The translations under genes were made by a program, and so were the position numbers. A stretch of DNA of 32,000 nucleotides from positions 30,001 through 62,000 of the forward strand of contig MTSL01000003.1 of the NCBI GenBank assembly GCA_002794465.1, read 5' to 3'. Below, in pieces: positions 30,245 through 32,000 of the stretch. The stretch comes from Paramicrosporidium saccamoebae KSL3 (lineage: Eukaryota; Fungi; Cryptomycota). The notes under the pieces were generated by a model, which was not told where the DNA came from, made no database searches, and saw only the letters and a program-made list of their open reading frames with translations. Each line of letters starts with the position of its first letter. Position 1 is the stretch's first letter.

Positions 30245-32000
30245 TCATTGCTTGCCTTGCGTTGTAGATTGCGAGTAAGCAGGACTGGTGGGAGAGTAGG
30301 CAGGGCTCGTTGGACTGTAAGCAGGACTGGTAGGCGAATACGCCGGACTAGTGGGACTGTAAGCCGGGCTAGTCGGAGAATAAGCAGGGCTTGTAGGCGA
30401 GTACGCCGGACTAGTTGGAGAATATGCCGGACTAGTGGGACTGTAGGCCGGACTAGTAGGGCTATATGCCGGACTAGTCGGAGAATAGGCAGGACTCGCT
30501 GGACTGTAAGCCGGGCTGGCTGGACTGTAGGCTGGACTTGCGGGGCTATAGGCCGGACTTGCAGGAGAATAAGCCGGACTAGCAGGAGAGTATGCCGGAC
30601 TAGCAGGACTGTATCGTGGACTGGCTCCCCCAGCTTCGTACGCCGGACTGGCAGGACTATAGTATGCGGGACTCGCCGGCGAATACCGAGGCGAAGCACT
30701 TCCAGACTGCCTAAATGGACTCCACTTACCACCGGCCGCAGCATCGCTCCAGGCCGGCGAGAAAGATCCGGACGCTGGACTCATGGGAGCGCCACTATAC
30801 ATTGAATACGCAGGCGATCTTTGCCCATCTGGATAACTAGTGTAATCGCCAGTTCGCGCGCCGTTATTCTGCCAGTCTGCAGCTGCAAAGTTCTGCGAAT
30901 ATGACAAGGCGTGATTTAGGGCCGACTCGTTAACTCGCATCTCAATTGATCCAGTTCCTAGTGGCGCTAACTGTCCAAGCATCACATTCTCAGCAACCCC
31001 ACGACAAGCGTCGCTCTCGCCATTACTGGCTGCTTCTAATAAAATTTCTACAGTCTCTTCAAACGAACAACGCATCAAGGCACTGGTATCAGCACGGTTG
31101 ATCCCGTGCCTGGTAATGGCCAGCAGATAGCCTTTCGCAGTCATTACATCGCACAACATGGCTAAATGGCGGTAATTCACATAGGAACCATCGGATTCAA
31201 TGACCTTGCGAAGTTCCCTTAGAATTGCTGCTCTTGCCGCCTCAATGCCAAGAACTTCGTAGACTTCAATAATGTTGTTACTGAAGACTCGAGAAGAGTC
31301 AACGGCCGCATGGTTCATCACCTGCCGAAGATTTACTCCCTCTGTTTCCAAAATCCATTCGCTCTGTGTCTCAAATTCCCCCTTATCGTTGATTGTGACT
31401 CCCTTATGATCCACCAAGAACACTCGGCGAATCCCATCAATACCACGAAGATTAATAGAGTTTAACATGTTTGACTCAATGCGACGAAGGAAAACATCTT
31501 CTTCAATGCGGGCCTCGTCGTCCTCATCATTCATCTTATCCTCTACCGGATTTTCGTTTACAATTCTACAGCGCAAAATCAACTTTTCAGCGTTGTCATC
31601 GTTTGCAAGGACATGCAGATCACGATTAAACTCTTCAGTAATGCGATTTGCGACTTCTGCCATCGTCAATTGTTTATCCAACATCTTGGCACGGTCCAAT
31701 TCAACACGAAGTAGCCAGGGAGAAAGACGTTTAGGGTCTACCTCTTCATCTGGGAGCTCATAATAAGCCTGCACAAAGTCCAAATCATCATCAATAATCG
31801 TGGTCAAAGGATTGGGGTCGTAATGAATCTCTGCCGCCGCCGTCACCTTTTTTAGATTTGTGTGTTCCAGTTGGACCTGGACCTGCTTGGCGCTTATGGC
31901 TGATCGCGAATACTCTGGCTTCAAGTGGACTGTGAGAGAGGGTGTCTTAATGTTCTTGGCCAAATTGATAATTTCCTTGAGACGAGGCACACCAAGAGTA
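30245..32000 (-). CDS. RPB1: RNA polymerase II largest subunit, C-terminal part (5' end outside window)
   Basis: TLGVPRLKEIIN, DGSYVNYRHLAMLCDVMT, ITRHGINR, LMRCSFEETV, GVAENVMLGQLAPLGTG, heptad CTD. Confidence 0.98.
   Translation of the reverse strand, partial: TLGVPRLKEIINLAKNIKTPSLTVHLKPEYSRSAISAKQVQVQLEHTNLKKVTAAAEIHYDPNPLTTIIDDDLDFVQAYYELPDEEVDPKRLSPWLLRVELDRAKMLDKQLTMAEVANRITEEFNRDLHVLANDDNAEKLILRCRIVNENPVEDKMNDEDDEARIEEDVFLRRIESNMLNSINLRGIDGIRRVFLVDHKGVTINDKGEFETQSEWILETEGVNLRQVMNHAAVDSSRVFSNNIIEVYEVLGIEAARAAILRELRKVIESDGSYVNYRHLAMLCDVMTAKGYLLAITRHGINRADTSALMRCSFEETVEILLEAASNGESDACRGVAENVMLGQLAPLGTGSIEMRVNESALNHALSYSQNFAAADWQNNGARTGDYTSYPDGQRSPAYSMYSGAPMSPASGSFSPAWSDAAAGGKWSPFRQSGSASPRYSPASPAYYSPASPAYEAGGASPRYSPASPAYSPASPAYSPASPAYSPASPAYSPASPAYSPASPAYSPTSPAYSPTSPAYSPTSPAYSPTSPAYSPTSPAYSPTSPAYSPTSPAYSPTSPAYSPTSPAYSPTSPAYSQSTTQGKQ
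30278..30685 (-). repeat. RPB1 CTD heptads: 8 YSPASPA and 10 YSPTSPA
   Basis: Counted from DNA: 16 contiguous 21-bp units 30278-30613 (6 A4 then 10 T4) plus two YSPASPA at 30641-30661 and 30665-30685. Confidence 0.97.

Noticed and set aside
30223-30805. Alternative-frame and antisense ORFs of 173 and 185 aa
   Set aside because: Shadows of the stop-poor CTD heptad repeat.

Overview
Eukaryotic, very gene-dense window (20 protein genes in 32 kb) from a fungus-related organism. A chitin synthase with a myosin-like N-terminus and a Ste12 factor point to fungi. Microsporidia-like compaction together with conventional mitochondrial genes suggests an early-diverging, Rozellomycota/Paramicrosporidium-like lineage (inference, not a database match). 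Gene order: LPD1 (5' partial), head-to-head prefoldin 1/2, two tandem secreted thioredoxin-fold paralogs, a protein with two copies of an uncharacterised domain, FYV10/MAEA, NDUFAF5 head-to-head with SEY1, myosin-like-domain chitin synthase, JMJD5-like, mL50-like, MPO1, GNL1-like GTPase, STE12, SPB1, LCB1, mitochondrial ClpX, Sds3-like protein, RPL26, RPB1 (3' part). I rebuilt spliced models by hand, and each closes its reading frame. They contain 29 tiny GT-AG introns of 28-37 nt with very weak signals, plus a few longer strong-signal introns at gene 5' ends. Most interesting: the apparently length-defined intron system, two divergent gene pairs each with exactly 27 bp between start codons, a Ser7-free two-block Pol II CTD, an unexplained spliced and structured transcript near 6.2-6.5 kb, a candidate H/ACA snoRNA, and a cluster of degenerate minisatellites at 26.6-29.0 kb. 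No CRISPR array, rRNA, tRNA or transposase was recognised.
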